A DNA stretch of 64,000 bases from Thermodesulfobacteriota bacterium. Its GTDB lineage: Bacteria; Desulfobacterota_D; UBA1144; Nemesobacterales; JAJCZQ01. Below are positions 41,701-51,777 of this stretch, piece by piece. Each line of letters starts with the position of its first letter. Position 1 is the first letter of the stretch. The position numbers and the translations under genes were made by a program. Under the pieces are notes generated by a model, which was given only the letters and a program-made list of their open reading frames with translations, was not told the origin of the DNA and made no database searches. Location of the stretch: the NCBI GenBank assembly GCA_965215275.1, contig OZ244044.1:1472001-1536000 (forward strand), read 5' to 3'.

Positions 41701-42996
41701 TCAGATATCTTCTATTCTTATAAACAAGGTCTCTGCTTTTGTTAAGTTTTCCTGCTTTTCTATTCTTTTCAGTGCACCGATGAGATTTTTTTCTTTTGTT
41801 TCCTGTGTCATTAGTATTACTGGTACGGACCTGTTCTTTTTCTTTCGTTGTATTACGGATTCTATACTGATATTGAACTTTCCAAGTATGCTGGTTATCA
41901 GTCCCATGGTGCCGGGTTTGTCCGTTACTTCGAAACGAAGGTAGTATTTTTTAGTTGTTTCCTTAACGTCGATGAGCTTTATTTTTTCTTTTTGGGAGTA
42001 GAGATTTGGCACTAAATGGTCGTTTGAGAAATGATGATCGTTGGCTATCTCTATAAGGTCACCTACGACCGCACTTGCCGTTGGCATCATTCCAGCACCC
42101 ATTCCGTAAAGCATTGTGGGACCCACGGGGTCGCCAATGACGTATATAGCGTTAAATGCTTCCTTAACGTCGGCAAGCTGGGTCGTTTTTCTGACCAAAG
42201 CAGGATAGACCCCAGCTTCAATCCCTCCCTTGAGTTTTTTGGCTATCCCGAGCAGTTTGATCTTGTAACCAAGTTCGTCTGCGAACGATATATCAACAGG
42301 GTGTATTTTTTTAATACCTTCAACGTAGTACTTGTCAAAGTTAAAGAACTTACCCCAGCAAAGCATTATAAGTATCGATAGTTTGTGAGCGGCGTCTATT
42401 CCATCAATATCGAACGTCGGGTCTTTTTCTGCGTAACCTTCTGCCTGAGCCTGTTTCAGGACCGTCCGGAACTGGCTTCCCTCTTCGGTCATTTTATCAA
42501 GAATATAGTTAGACGTTCCGTTCATTATTCCGTGTATGGAAAGAACGTTGTTTGCCGCGTAGCACTCCATTGCGGATTTAATTATAGGTATTCCTCCTCC
42601 TACGCTTGCTTCAAAACCTACTGCCAGTCCTTTTTGTGACGCCAGATAAAAGATCTCTTTTCCATGATGTGCAAGGAGCGCCTTGTTCGCAGTAACGACG
42701 TGTTTGCCAGCTTTTAAAGAATCGATCACGAAGTTCTTTGCGACCGTGGTTCCGCCAACGAGTTCTATTACTACGTTGATAGCTGGATCGTTTATAATTT
42801 CGTAGGCATCTTTTGTGAACAGGTTCTCCGGTATTTTTACGGCTCTTTTCCGTTTAGGGTCAATGTCTGCGACCTTGACCAGTTTTAAATTAAAAGGTCT
42901 TCTTTTTTTTATAAGTCCCAGATTATTTTTAAGCACTTTATACACGCCAGTGCCTACAGTACCAGCCCCTATCAGTCCCACGTTTATCGGATCCAT
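41701..42996 (-). CDS. hom: Homoserine dehydrogenase with ACT domain
   Basis: GAGTVG, VVTANKA, FEASVGGGIP, NGTSNYIL and DKPG motifs. Confidence 0.95.
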   Translation of the reverse strand: MDPINVGLIGAGTVGTGVYKVLKNNLGLIKKRRPFNLKLVKVADIDPKRKRAVKIPENLFTKDAYEIINDPAINVVIELVGGTTVAKNFVIDSLKAGKHVVTANKALLAHHGKEIFYLASQKGLAVGFEASVGGGIPIIKSAMECYAANNVLSIHGIMNGTSNYILDKMTEEGSQFRTVLKQAQAEGYAEKDPTFDIDGIDAAHKLSILIMLCWGKFFNFDKYYVEGIKKIHPVDISFADELGYKIKLLGIAKKLKGGIEAGVYPALVRKTTQLADVKEAFNAIYVIGDPVGPTMLYGMGAGMMPTASAVVGDLIEIANDHHFSNDHLVPNLYSQKEKIKLIDVKETTKKYYLRFEVTDKPGTMGLITSILGKFNISIESVIQRKKKNRSVPVILMTQETKEKNLIGALKRIEKQENLTKAETLFIRIEDI

Positions 42997-43148
42997 CAGT
43001 AACTCCTTAAATTTTCTATGAATTTGATATTATACATAAGTTCCCAAGGTTTTGTCAGAACCGTGAAAGTCCTTTGATCTTTAAGAGTAAACGGTACCTT
43101 TACGTTTGACATCGATCTTATTAGTTCTTAACCTTAATATTTCTGTAC

Positions 43149-43221
43149 GGGGCTGTAGCTCAGTTGGGAGAGCGCATGAATGGCATTCATGAGGTCGAGG
43201 GTTCGAATCCCTTCAGCTCCA
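43149..43221 (+). tRNA. tRNA-Ala(GGC)
   Basis: GGGGCTGTAGCTCAGTTGGGAGAGCG...TGGCA...GTTCGAATCCCTTCAGCTCCA cloverleaf; CCA not encoded. Confidence 0.97.
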
Positions 43222-43613
43222 CAAAAAAGGCAACTGACAAATCCCTGAAGACTTCGATTTCAAGGTTTTTTCTAAAAAATTGTATTCTTCTTGTCTTTTG
43301 TGAAGTTGATATTGGAATCCAAAACCATTTCATACACTAAATATAGACTTCTTAACGGCCGACAATGATTTTTCGCAAAGTGTTTTTTTTAAACCTTTGC
43401 AGACGGGAAGACTGGATTAGGAACTTACGATAAAAGCAGAGTGGAACAAGTTAGATAAAGCGGTAATATCATTCCTTAATACAAGGTACAGTTTCATAAA
43501 AAACCGCCTAAACTAATAAGAGAACAGTTGGATCAGCGGTTTAACCTGACTGTAAATTCAAAGGGTAAGCCATCTGTTAAAAAAGCTAAATACTAAAGAA
43601 AGCTAAAGTATTT

Positions 43614-43639
43614 TGTCAACTTTCCTAAATAATTTCCCC
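43614..43639. repeat. Solitary TIR-like end related to the TIRs of the 24306-28591 element
   Basis: TGTCAACTTTCCTAAATAATTTCCCC shares TGTCAACTTTCCT with 28568-28591. Confidence 0.5.
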
Positions 43640-43642
43640 TTT

Positions 43643-43867
43643 TTAATATTCAAATTTATAGACATACCATTTTTTACGCTTTGGATTACCTCCACCATGA
43701 TGAGACTTACACCTATATTTTTGAGCCAGTTTATCTTCTTTATTTTGAGCTAAGGACTTTGAACCATAGGGTATGGATATTTTCCAATTCCGTAAATTAG
43801 GATACTTTCTTTCCCATTCTCGTCTTCTTCTTTTTGGTTCTGTGGTTATTCCTACTCTGCAAGCCAT
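43643..43867 (-). CDS. Small basic hypothetical protein, weakly GIY-YIG-like
   Basis: AAGGAG RBS; VGITTEPKRRRREW resembles the YxG.T....RR..EH motif. Confidence 0.55.
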   Translation of the reverse strand: MACRVGITTEPKRRRREWERKYPNLRNWKISIPYGSKSLAQNKEDKLAQKYRCKSHHGGGNPKRKKWYVYKFEY

Positions 43868-44254
43868 ATTAAAACTCCTTTCCTTAAAATAAAGATCAGT
43901 CTTGTCCCCTTCAGTTGTGTCGTAAATTCATAAATAGAAGAGTGCATTCTCTATTTCTTTAAAGATAATGAAAAATCCCCGTTTGTTAAGTTATTTTTAT
44001 AATTCCTAAAAACTTTAGGGGACTATCTACTTAAGTATCCCAAATTAAAAAAATAGTTATTTATTTTTTTGGAACTCCTGTCTGAAATCCTCGTATATTT
44101 TCCTGAATATCCGATGTGTCATCTTTCCTTTGTTTTCTTATCTTTTTAACAGGTTTAACAGGAGAGACAACAGCTTTTACTATATCATCAAAAGAACCTG
44201 GTATATGTGGAATTATCTTTTGCTTTCTACCCATTGGATTATTTTTTCTATTCG

Positions 44255-44857
44255 TTATTTTAGTTCTAGAAACCTACTTATAGCTCTGTCAAAAACATTT
44301 TTTATATCTCTATATGTCCATACAGTTACCATATCAGCATGTTCTGCTGTAGTAGTCCATTTTCTATGTGTTGGATTTTCACGTGTCGGAACAGGAGTAA
44401 GAGTCTTGCCTCTGCGTGGATTATCTATATAATCCTTTATATCTTTTTTTGTCTTTAGTGATAATTGAATAGTAGTAGGTGTAATTCCTAAAAAGATTAT
44501 AAAAGCATAATTATAATTTACTGGTATCCAATTAAATTGATATTTTCGTTTACTATCTAATGAAGCAAGTTTAACTTCTACCCTCTCTGGTGAAGTATTA
44601 TCTTTAAGAGTAACAAGTAAATCTGTATTATTACCGCCTCTTTGTCTTTGTCTACCTACAAATTTATTAACATAACCAAATTTAGACAGCCAATCACTTA
44701 CGATCTTCTCTCCAAAATCTCCTTTTTTAGGATTAGTAATCCGTTGTATATCACCATATGTTCGGTTTTCCCAAACTTGAACTATGCTATCAGATTCCGC
44801 TACTTCTTTTAAAATTTTTATAACATCATTTTGTATTTCTTTATCAAGAAATAACAT
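44255..44857 (-). CDS. Putative PD-(D/E)XK restriction endonuclease
   Basis: KGDFGE...TDLL...VEVKLAS...FNWI pattern; starts 8 nt after the MTase stop. Confidence 0.65.
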   Translation of the reverse strand: MLFLDKEIQNDVIKILKEVAESDSIVQVWENRTYGDIQRITNPKKGDFGEKIVSDWLSKFGYVNKFVGRQRQRGGNNTDLLVTLKDNTSPERVEVKLASLDSKRKYQFNWIPVNYNYAFIIFLGITPTTIQLSLKTKKDIKDYIDNPRRGKTLTPVPTRENPTHRKWTTTAEHADMVTVWTYRDIKNVFDRAISRFLELK

Positions 44858-44865
44858 GTGAGTAT

Positions 44866-46011
44866 TTAATCCATAAATCCAACTTTAATCAACTCATCAT
44901 AAATAATATCTTTTCTTAAACTTCTACTGTTATTTGTAGATGTATGAACTACACTTGCCCAATCATGATTTTTGATAAACTTAAAAACACTTTTCTTTTT
45001 TCTTTTTATTACAATACCATAACCGTCATTGTAAGGTATATCGTAAAAATCCGTTGTGGCTACAGCGGTTTCTCTAGCCCAGAAAGTTCTGGGTAAATAT
45101 ATATCACACTTACCTATCATATTCATACGAGATGGAAAACGAGAAGGTTTGTATGGAATACAGATGTTATAAATATCTACATAAGTCCTACAAGACTTTT
45201 CATTTACAGGTTTATATGAAGAAGGAGTAGATTTTGCCCAAACTTGAAATACGGTTTTAACATTAATTTCTTCTCCATTAGGAAAAATAAAAGGATTATC
45301 GTTAAGTGTTTCTGTATGTAATAATATATATCCCATTTTTATCAATCTGTTTTTGCACGAACCTTTGCCAGTACTATCAAATATTGGAGGAAGTATAAAA
45401 GCTACATAGTCAGCAAATTCAAAAGATTTGACTACAAAATCCAAAGCGATCTTACCGTTTCTGCCAAAAGGAGGATTACCTATAACCACATATTTACCAG
45501 CAGGAGGTTGCCAAGTTAAAAAATCAGCTTGGATAATACCATCAATTAACTTATCAGTAAGTGGGGACTTTTTAGGTTGTATTTCAATCCCTAACCGATT
45601 ATTTTCGGGTAATAGAGAATAAAAATGACCACAACCTGCACTAGGCTCTACAAATGTATAATCTGAAATATCTATATTATATTTATCTAATGTTTTGTAA
45701 AATCTATTTATACAACTTTTAGCTACATCTGGCATTGTGTAGTATTGGTCAGCTTGTTTAATTCCAAGATTATACTCTCCATTTAAATTCAATATCCTTA
45801 ATAGATCGTTTCTATAAAAATCAGGAACTTGTTTTATTCTATCCCATCTGTCCACTGTTCCTTTATGAACAAGTAATAAATCGGCAATTTCTCTATTGCT
45901 TTTACTTTTTTGTAAATGAGCAAAAAGAGATAGTTCATCCATATTACTTGTTTGATATTCATCAAATATACTATCTGGAGTTGTATAAAATATTTCTTCT
46001 AAAGGTAACAT
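44866..46011 (-). CDS. Amino (probably N6-adenine) DNA methyltransferase with N-terminal HTH
   Basis: DQYYT motif X, VEPSAGCGHF motif I, IGNPPFG motif IV (gamma order); SNREIADLLLVHKGTVDRW HTH. Confidence 0.85.
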   Translation of the reverse strand: MLPLEEIFYTTPDSIFDEYQTSNMDELSLFAHLQKSKSNREIADLLLVHKGTVDRWDRIKQVPDFYRNDLLRILNLNGEYNLGIKQADQYYTMPDVAKSCINRFYKTLDKYNIDISDYTFVEPSAGCGHFYSLLPENNRLGIEIQPKKSPLTDKLIDGIIQADFLTWQPPAGKYVVIGNPPFGRNGKIALDFVVKSFEFADYVAFILPPIFDSTGKGSCKNRLIKMGYILLHTETLNDNPFIFPNGEEINVKTVFQVWAKSTPSSYKPVNEKSCRTYVDIYNICIPYKPSRFPSRMNMIGKCDIYLPRTFWARETAVATTDFYDIPYNDGYGIVIKRKKKSVFKFIKNHDWASVVHTSTNNSRSLRKDIIYDELIKVGFMD

Positions 46012-46012
46012 T

Positions 46013-46993
46013 TTAACCTATTAACTCCTTATATTTTAATCTTTTACCTTCCAATCTTTTACCTTCCAATCTTTTACCTTCCAATCTTTTAATAACCTTT
46101 TTAATCTGATCCATAGTAGGTAAAGGTCTGTTATTATGCCTTCCAGCATATTCATCTACATAGCGTTGTAGATGTTTCCTGCTCATGAAGTGGTATATCC
46201 CAGTATACCCTCTTTTAAGCATAGACCAGAAACTTTCCATCCCGTTGGTATGTGCCTGTTCCCTGATATATTCACCTACTCCATGATTAACTGTCTTGTG
46301 TTTATACCCTTTCTTGTTCAGTCCACTATACCCTCTGTTCTCGTCTGTATAAATAGTTGATTCAGCATCTACAGTTTTATCTATCAAACCTTCTAATGTT
46401 TTACTATCTACAACTTCAGTTACCTTTGCTTTTACCTTCTTATCTATCCTTGATTTAATACCTACTACTGCAGATTTAGTTTTAGTGCTTCTGCCTTGAG
46501 TCCCTTTAGTTCTATTGGATTGGTGCTTGTTCCTTTCAAGTCCACCAACATAGGTCTCATCAACTTCTACAGGAGATAACAACGGATTATCTGACTGCTC
46601 ATCAAACGATTCTCGTATCCTGTGACCCAAGAACCATGCTGTCTTCTGCGTTACCTCTACATCACTTGAAAGTTTTAAACTTGAAATTCCTTTAAGATTG
46701 GTATTCAGCAAGTAAATAGCCATTAGCCATTTATGAAGTGATATCTTGCTTTTGGCTAATACTGTGTTTGTTCTCACGCTGAAATACTTACGGCAATCTC
46801 TGCATCTGTAAGGCATCGTAGGATGTTTTATTTCTATTGTATTAAAACTTCCACAGTGAGAGCAGTATCTATCCTTACCATCTTTACCCCACTTCTGCTC
46901 CTCAAAACACTTTCTTGCTAATCCCTCATCTGGAAACATTTTAAAAAACTCATACAAACTAACTTTATCTTGTTTCGTTCTTTTTCTCATCAT
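46013..46993 (-). CDS. IS1595-family transposase
   Basis: Zn ribbon CSHC...CRDC; VEVDETY, IYTDE and HTNGMESFWSMLKRG motifs. Confidence 0.95.
   Translation of the reverse strand: MMRKRTKQDKVSLYEFFKMFPDEGLARKCFEEQKWGKDGKDRYCSHCGSFNTIEIKHPTMPYRCRDCRKYFSVRTNTVLAKSKISLHKWLMAIYLLNTNLKGISSLKLSSDVEVTQKTAWFLGHRIRESFDEQSDNPLLSPVEVDETYVGGLERNKHQSNRTKGTQGRSTKTKSAVVGIKSRIDKKVKAKVTEVVDSKTLEGLIDKTVDAESTIYTDENRGYSGLNKKGYKHKTVNHGVGEYIREQAHTNGMESFWSMLKRGYTGIYHFMSRKHLQRYVDEYAGRHNNRPLPTMDQIKKVIKRLEGKRLEGKRLEGKRLKYKELIG
46038..46091. repeat. 15-bp tandem repeat (AATCTTTTACCTTCC x3.6) encoding KRLEG x3
   Basis: Read directly from the sequence. Confidence 0.95.
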
Positions 46994-47170
46994 GGATATT
47001 ATACTACCATATATTATTAGTTTTTACAAGTAACTAATTTGAAAGTTTGGATACTTAAGTATATAGTCCCCAAACTTTATAGATAGCTGAGAATGAATTA
47101 ATGTTTTTTTCAATGAGTTTTAAACAGCTTCTGATTTGTCAAAATGACTTATACCACTTGTTAGTTTTTA

Positions 47171-48277
47171 CTAAACTAATATCGCTCTTGCGGTTTGTTG
47201 CTTAACAGGGAAAACGATCTCTTTTTTTTCATTCTGCCACTGAGTGAGCAACATTTTATGTCCGACCTGTAAGCCGGATACTGGCTCAATTTCAAAATTA
47301 CCATAAAAGGTGCAGAACCTGGAATTAGTTACCTTGTACATCAAAACTTCTTCATCAACTGTACCTGTCTCCATAATGAAATTTTCCAGTATTATCCCGA
47401 TATTGAATGACTGTGCCGAAACATAATCGGGGGTCTCGTGGAATTTTTTCCTGTATAGATCAGTAAACTGTCTTGACGTTAACCCGAAGTCGATTTTATG
47501 CTCAACTACTGGTTCCCACTGTGTGACAGAAAAAAATCCTTCAGTTTCTTTTTGCAAGCGATTTTTAAATTCTTCAATTCCTGCTGCTACAAGGCATGAG
47601 CAAAACCCTTTAAGATGCTTTGAAAAGACCAAGTCGTCCTCAAAACGTCCCACTCCCAATACATATTTTATATTTTGCTCTCTAATCCGTTTTACAATAT
47701 CAATGAAGTCTTCCTTTCCACTTCTGTATTTAAAGGTTTGATAATTTATTCCAAGTAGCTTACAAACGTTAACAGCACCTTTTGCGACCTTGGTTGAAAA
47801 GCCACTGTCTTGTGCAAAAACGATTGCTACTGTTTTTATATTTTTATCCCGTTGGTTAATGAAATTAAGGAACGGTTCGAAATAACGACTTGCCAGAGTT
47901 ATTGCCGAGATGACTTTTTTGAACCCGCGACTTGCTATCTCGTCAGATGAACCACCGTAGTTCCAAAGCACCCTATTGTAAAGGTCAGACATTTCAGCAG
48001 CGGCAATGGTCAAGGTGCTTGAGTATGGTCCGAGAAGTATATCAACCTTATCTTCAAGAATTAGTTTTTTGGTAATGTATCTGGTATTGTCAGGGCTGCT
48101 TTCGTCATCGTAGTATATAAGCTGAATTGGAATTTTTTTTGTGTGACTTTCCAACAATATACCACCTGAGCGATTTGTGTTTTCCACCCACAGGTCCAGA
48201 CCGTTGAACGATCTTTTACCCTGTATGGCGTATTTGCCAGATAAGGTTACGGGTAAACCCACCCGAATTTTATTCAT
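47171..48277 (-). CDS. Branched-chain amino acid ABC-type substrate-binding protein fold, no signal peptide
   Basis: IRVG...LSGKYA, YDDESSP and LLGPYSS motifs. Confidence 0.8.
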   Translation of the reverse strand: MNKIRVGLPVTLSGKYAIQGKRSFNGLDLWVENTNRSGGILLESHTKKIPIQLIYYDDESSPDNTRYITKKLILEDKVDILLGPYSSTLTIAAAEMSDLYNRVLWNYGGSSDEIASRGFKKVISAITLASRYFEPFLNFINQRDKNIKTVAIVFAQDSGFSTKVAKGAVNVCKLLGINYQTFKYRSGKEDFIDIVKRIREQNIKYVLGVGRFEDDLVFSKHLKGFCSCLVAAGIEEFKNRLQKETEGFFSVTQWEPVVEHKIDFGLTSRQFTDLYRKKFHETPDYVSAQSFNIGIILENFIMETGTVDEEVLMYKVTNSRFCTFYGNFEIEPVSGLQVGHKMLLTQWQNEKKEIVFPVKQQTARAILV

Positions 48278-48278
48278 T

Positions 48279-49472
48279 TTATGAAAGCAGGCTGACCGCT
48301 TCTTCTATTCTGTCCATGCCTTCTTCAATGTTTTTAAGTGAAGTGGCATAGGATATTCTCAGGAAGTTTTCCTTGCCGAACGCTATACCGGGAACCACGG
48401 CAACTCTGGCGGCTTCCAGTAAGAACTCCGTGAAATCTATTGAGTTGTTTATTGTCATTTCCTTGTATCGTCTGCCGATAAAACCCTCTATGCTTGGAAA
48501 GACATAAAAAGCACCAAGTGGATCAAAACATTGAAAACCCTCTATATTATTAAGCCTCGTGACGATATAGTTTTTTCGGCGCTGGAACTCCTTTGTTCTG
48601 TCCTCTACGACCTTTTGCGACCCGTTAAGCGCTTCTACTGCTGCCATCTGTGCGATCGACGTGGGATTGGAGGTTGATTGACCCTGAAGTTTGGACATTG
48701 CCGATATTACGTCTTTATCTCCTGCCGCGTAACCTATGCGCCACCCGGTCATGGCGTAGGATTTCGATACGCCGTTTACAAGTATCGTGGATTTTTTCGC
48801 TTCTTCGCTGATAGTGGCGATCGGTGTGTGTTTTATATCGTTGTAAACTATTTTTTCATAGATCTCATCGGAAATTATCGTAAGGTTATTTTCAAGGCAT
48901 ATATCGGATATTACCTCTATCTCGTCCTTGTTGTAAGTGGAACCGGTGGGGTTGTTGGGATAGTTCAGGATGATCGCTTTTGTTTTTTTACTGATCTTCT
49001 TTTTCAGGTCTTCCGGCCTGATCTTGAATTTATTGTCCACGGAGGTTTCCAGAATTACCGGATTGGCTCCGGCAAGGAGTATCTGATCGGGATAGGAGAC
49101 CCAGTAGGGTGATGGAACTATTACCTCATCTCCCCCTTCAAACAGTGCCAGTGAAAGGTTGTACAGTACGTGTTTTGCTCCGCACGATACCGTAATTTCC
49201 TCTTTTTTATACACAAGACCGTGTTCATTCTTTAAGCGGTTGATAACTGCTTCCTTTAACTCGTCGATCCCTCCAACGGCCGTGTATTTTGTAAAACCGT
49301 TCTGAATTGCCCTGATAGCTTCTTCCTTTACATTGTGAGGCGTATCAAAATCCGGTTCACCGGCGCCAAATCCTATAACGTCTATTCCTTCCGATCTCAT
49401 TTGTTTGACTTTTGTCGTTGTGGAAAGCGTTGCCGATGGTTTAAGTTCCATAACTCTTTTTGAAAGTTTCAT
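48279..49472 (-). CDS. aspC: PLP-dependent aspartate aminotransferase (class I/II)
   Basis: GEPDFDTP, PNNPTG, SDEIY and SKSYAMTGWRIG motifs. Confidence 0.85.
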   Translation of the reverse strand: MKLSKRVMELKPSATLSTTTKVKQMRSEGIDVIGFGAGEPDFDTPHNVKEEAIRAIQNGFTKYTAVGGIDELKEAVINRLKNEHGLVYKKEEITVSCGAKHVLYNLSLALFEGGDEVIVPSPYWVSYPDQILLAGANPVILETSVDNKFKIRPEDLKKKISKKTKAIILNYPNNPTGSTYNKDEIEVISDICLENNLTIISDEIYEKIVYNDIKHTPIATISEEAKKSTILVNGVSKSYAMTGWRIGYAAGDKDVISAMSKLQGQSTSNPTSIAQMAAVEALNGSQKVVEDRTKEFQRRKNYIVTRLNNIEGFQCFDPLGAFYVFPSIEGFIGRRYKEMTINNSIDFTEFLLEAARVAVVPGIAFGKENFLRISYATSLKNIEEGMDRIEEAVSLLS

Positions 49473-49486
49473 TGTTTATATCCTTT

Positions 49487-49966
49487 TTATTGAAGTTTTT
49501 CTTTCAACTTTGCCTCTACTATATCAGGTACAAGGTGTTTAGCGGAACCTCCAAGCGTAATGATCTCTCTGATAAGTGATGAACTTATGTGTGAGAACTT
49601 GCTGTCGGTTACCATGAATACGGTTTCGATCGCGGAGCTCAAGGTCTTGTTCGCGTTTGCCATCTGCATTTCATATTCAAAGTCGGACACTGATCTCATA
49701 CCTCTCAGAACGATCCTGGTTCCCGCTCTTTCCACGTATTCAACCAGCAGGCCCTCGAAACTGTCCACCTGGACGTTTTCCTGACCTTTGAATATCTCCT
49801 TGATTATTGCAACTCTTTCATCAGTGGTGAAAGTTGTTTTCTTGGACACGTTACGAGCAACTGCAATTAGTGTCTTGTCAAAGATCCTGGATGCTCTTTC
49901 TATGATGTTCAGATGTCCTAAGGTGAACGGGTCAAAAGACCCGGGATATATTACGGTTTTTCCCAT
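49487..49966 (-). CDS. coaD: Phosphopantetheine adenylyltransferase
   Basis: YPGSFDPFTLGH, RGMRSVSDFEYE and ISSS motifs. Confidence 0.96.
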   Translation of the reverse strand: MGKTVIYPGSFDPFTLGHLNIIERASRIFDKTLIAVARNVSKKTTFTTDERVAIIKEIFKGQENVQVDSFEGLLVEYVERAGTRIVLRGMRSVSDFEYEMQMANANKTLSSAIETVFMVTDSKFSHISSSLIREIITLGGSAKHLVPDIVEAKLKEKLQ

Positions 49967-50511
49967 TAATTTACGCTCCAGAAAAAACTGATATTTGTAC
50001 CACCGTAGTTTTTTGTATCAAGGATGAATTTCGGGTCTGAGTATTCAAACGACTGATCGTGTTCTACTACTACCGTTCCATGTTCGTTCAGCAGACGATC
50101 GATGTTCGATACAAGGTCAGGAACGTTTAAATTCCTGTACAGGTTATAGGGCGGGTCTATAAATATCAGGTCAAATTTCCTGTTTTCTCTGATAAGTTTT
50201 TTAACGGCTTTATTGAAGTCGTCAACGACCGTCTTGCTCAGCTTCTCAAATCCGCAGCTTTTGATGTTATCCCTCAGCGTTCTTGCCGTTGTTCTTTGCT
50301 TTTCAACGAAGGTTGCTTCAGATGCGTTCCTGCTCAGAGCTTCGATCCCGAGACTGCCTGATCCTGAGAACAGATCCAGCACAGAAAGACCTTCCAGGTT
50401 GCCAAGCCTGTCAAATATGGATTTCTTGACCCTGCTGGTGGTTGGTCTTATGCTTCCGTTCTTTGGTATTTTCAACTTTCTGCCTTTTGCCGTTCCCGTC
50501 TGAACTCTCAT
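49966..50511 (-). CDS. rsmD: 16S rRNA m2G966 methyltransferase
   Basis: RPTT, LDLFSGSGSLGIEALSR and DPPY motifs; upstream of coaD. Confidence 0.93.
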   Translation of the reverse strand: MRVQTGTAKGRKLKIPKNGSIRPTTSRVKKSIFDRLGNLEGLSVLDLFSGSGSLGIEALSRNASEATFVEKQRTTARTLRDNIKSCGFEKLSKTVVDDFNKAVKKLIRENRKFDLIFIDPPYNLYRNLNVPDLVSNIDRLLNEHGTVVVEHDQSFEYSDPKFILDTKNYGGTNISFFWSVN

Positions 50512-50994
50512 CTCAACTTATATATCATAGCATATTTGTTTGGCAAAATGAGGCGATTATAAAAAGATGTTTTATGATTAACTTTTAGCTGTCTTGGGCA
50601 TATTAGCTATGTAATAATATACTTATGCTAACTCTTGGTTTCAAAGGAAAATCAATCATTTATTCACACCACTTGACTGTTACTTCAAGAACAAATCGCT
50701 GAAAATACCTTACGCCGAAAGGCAATAATCCATCGCTTGACGATAATCTTCATGCTATCAGAGCTTTGCTACTGTGTTACACGGGGAAGATGAGTTGTAT
50801 ACATTAATATTCGTACAACACCTGCAACGAGGACTGGGTCTATAACGACAATGTGAACAGCTAAGTTGCTGGATTAAAGATGATTACTGCGCAGAGAGAA
50901 CGGACCATTATAGTCAGTTCGATGATGTTTTCAAATGTCTGTTAAAAGATTGTAAAATAATAATAAAAGCCACAAATGGCCAAGGAGAATTATT

Positions 50995-51777
50995 ATGATG
51001 GGAACCGAAGCAATACAGCGATCTTTCAAAGAATCTGTTGCCAAGTCAGTGGAACTCTTTCCGGAGGGAGAAGATCGCTATAAGGTATTTACCCCTTTTC
51101 ATTTTGATGATGGTGATCACTTTGTAGTTGTTTTGAAGCAAGAACCACCCGGAAACTGGATTATAACGGATGAAGGACATACATATATGCACATGAGTTA
51201 CGATGAGAGTCTGTCTTCTTTCAACAGCGGAAACCGGAACCAAATTATCGAAAACGCTCTGGAAAAACATGGCGTAAAAGAGACTGAAGGGAAACTTTTT
51301 GCTCCAATTAATGAGATGACCGGTGCTGGCAACGTTCTCTACGACTTTATTCAGTGCCTTATCCAAATAACCGATGTTTCCTATCTCAGCCGTGAAAGAG
51401 TAATATCCACGTTTAAAGAAGATTTCAAACGTTTTATGGAAGAATCCGTTCCGGGAGAGAGATTACAATTTGATTATATAGAAGAAAGAAACGACCCCGA
51501 TGGGAAATATAAAGTGGACTGCCGGATCAACGGCATGGATCGTTCCTTACACGTATACGCAATAACGGGTAACGAGAAATGCATCTATACAACGATCAAC
51601 ATTCTTCAACATCAAAGCTGGAATTTGTCTTTTCTAAGTCTGGGGATCTTTGAAGATCAAGAGCAGATCAGCCGCAAAGCCTTGTCTCGTTTTACAGATG
51701 TTTGCGACCGGCAATTTTCCAGTTTGGCGATTAATAAAGAAAAGATCAAGGAATTCCTTGAAGAACAAATGAAGTAA
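50995..51777 (+). CDS. DUF1828-like protein
   Basis: VFTPFHFDDGD...WIITDEGHT N-terminus; VDCRING and LSRFTDV C-terminus (family recalled from memory). Confidence 0.65.
   Translation: MMGTEAIQRSFKESVAKSVELFPEGEDRYKVFTPFHFDDGDHFVVVLKQEPPGNWIITDEGHTYMHMSYDESLSSFNSGNRNQIIENALEKHGVKETEGKLFAPINEMTGAGNVLYDFIQCLIQITDVSYLSRERVISTFKEDFKRFMEESVPGERLQFDYIEERNDPDGKYKVDCRINGMDRSLHVYAITGNEKCIYTTINILQHQSWNLSFLSLGIFEDQEQISRKALSRFTDVCDRQFSSLAINKEKIKEFLEEQMK

Larger units (their letters stand above)
44018..47071 (-). mobile_element. Intact IS1595-family transporter IS with two passenger genes (3054 bp)
   Basis: 23-bp TIRs GGGGACTAT[C/A]TACTTAAGTATCC (44018-44040, 47049-47071); perfect 8-bp TSD AAACTTTA (44010-44017, 47072-47079); AT-rich interior. 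Confidence 0.95.

Noticed and set aside
43149..47079. tRNA-anchored integrative island or prophage
   Set aside because: No integrase and no duplicated tRNA 3' end (att site) seen; the region is explained by IS insertions.
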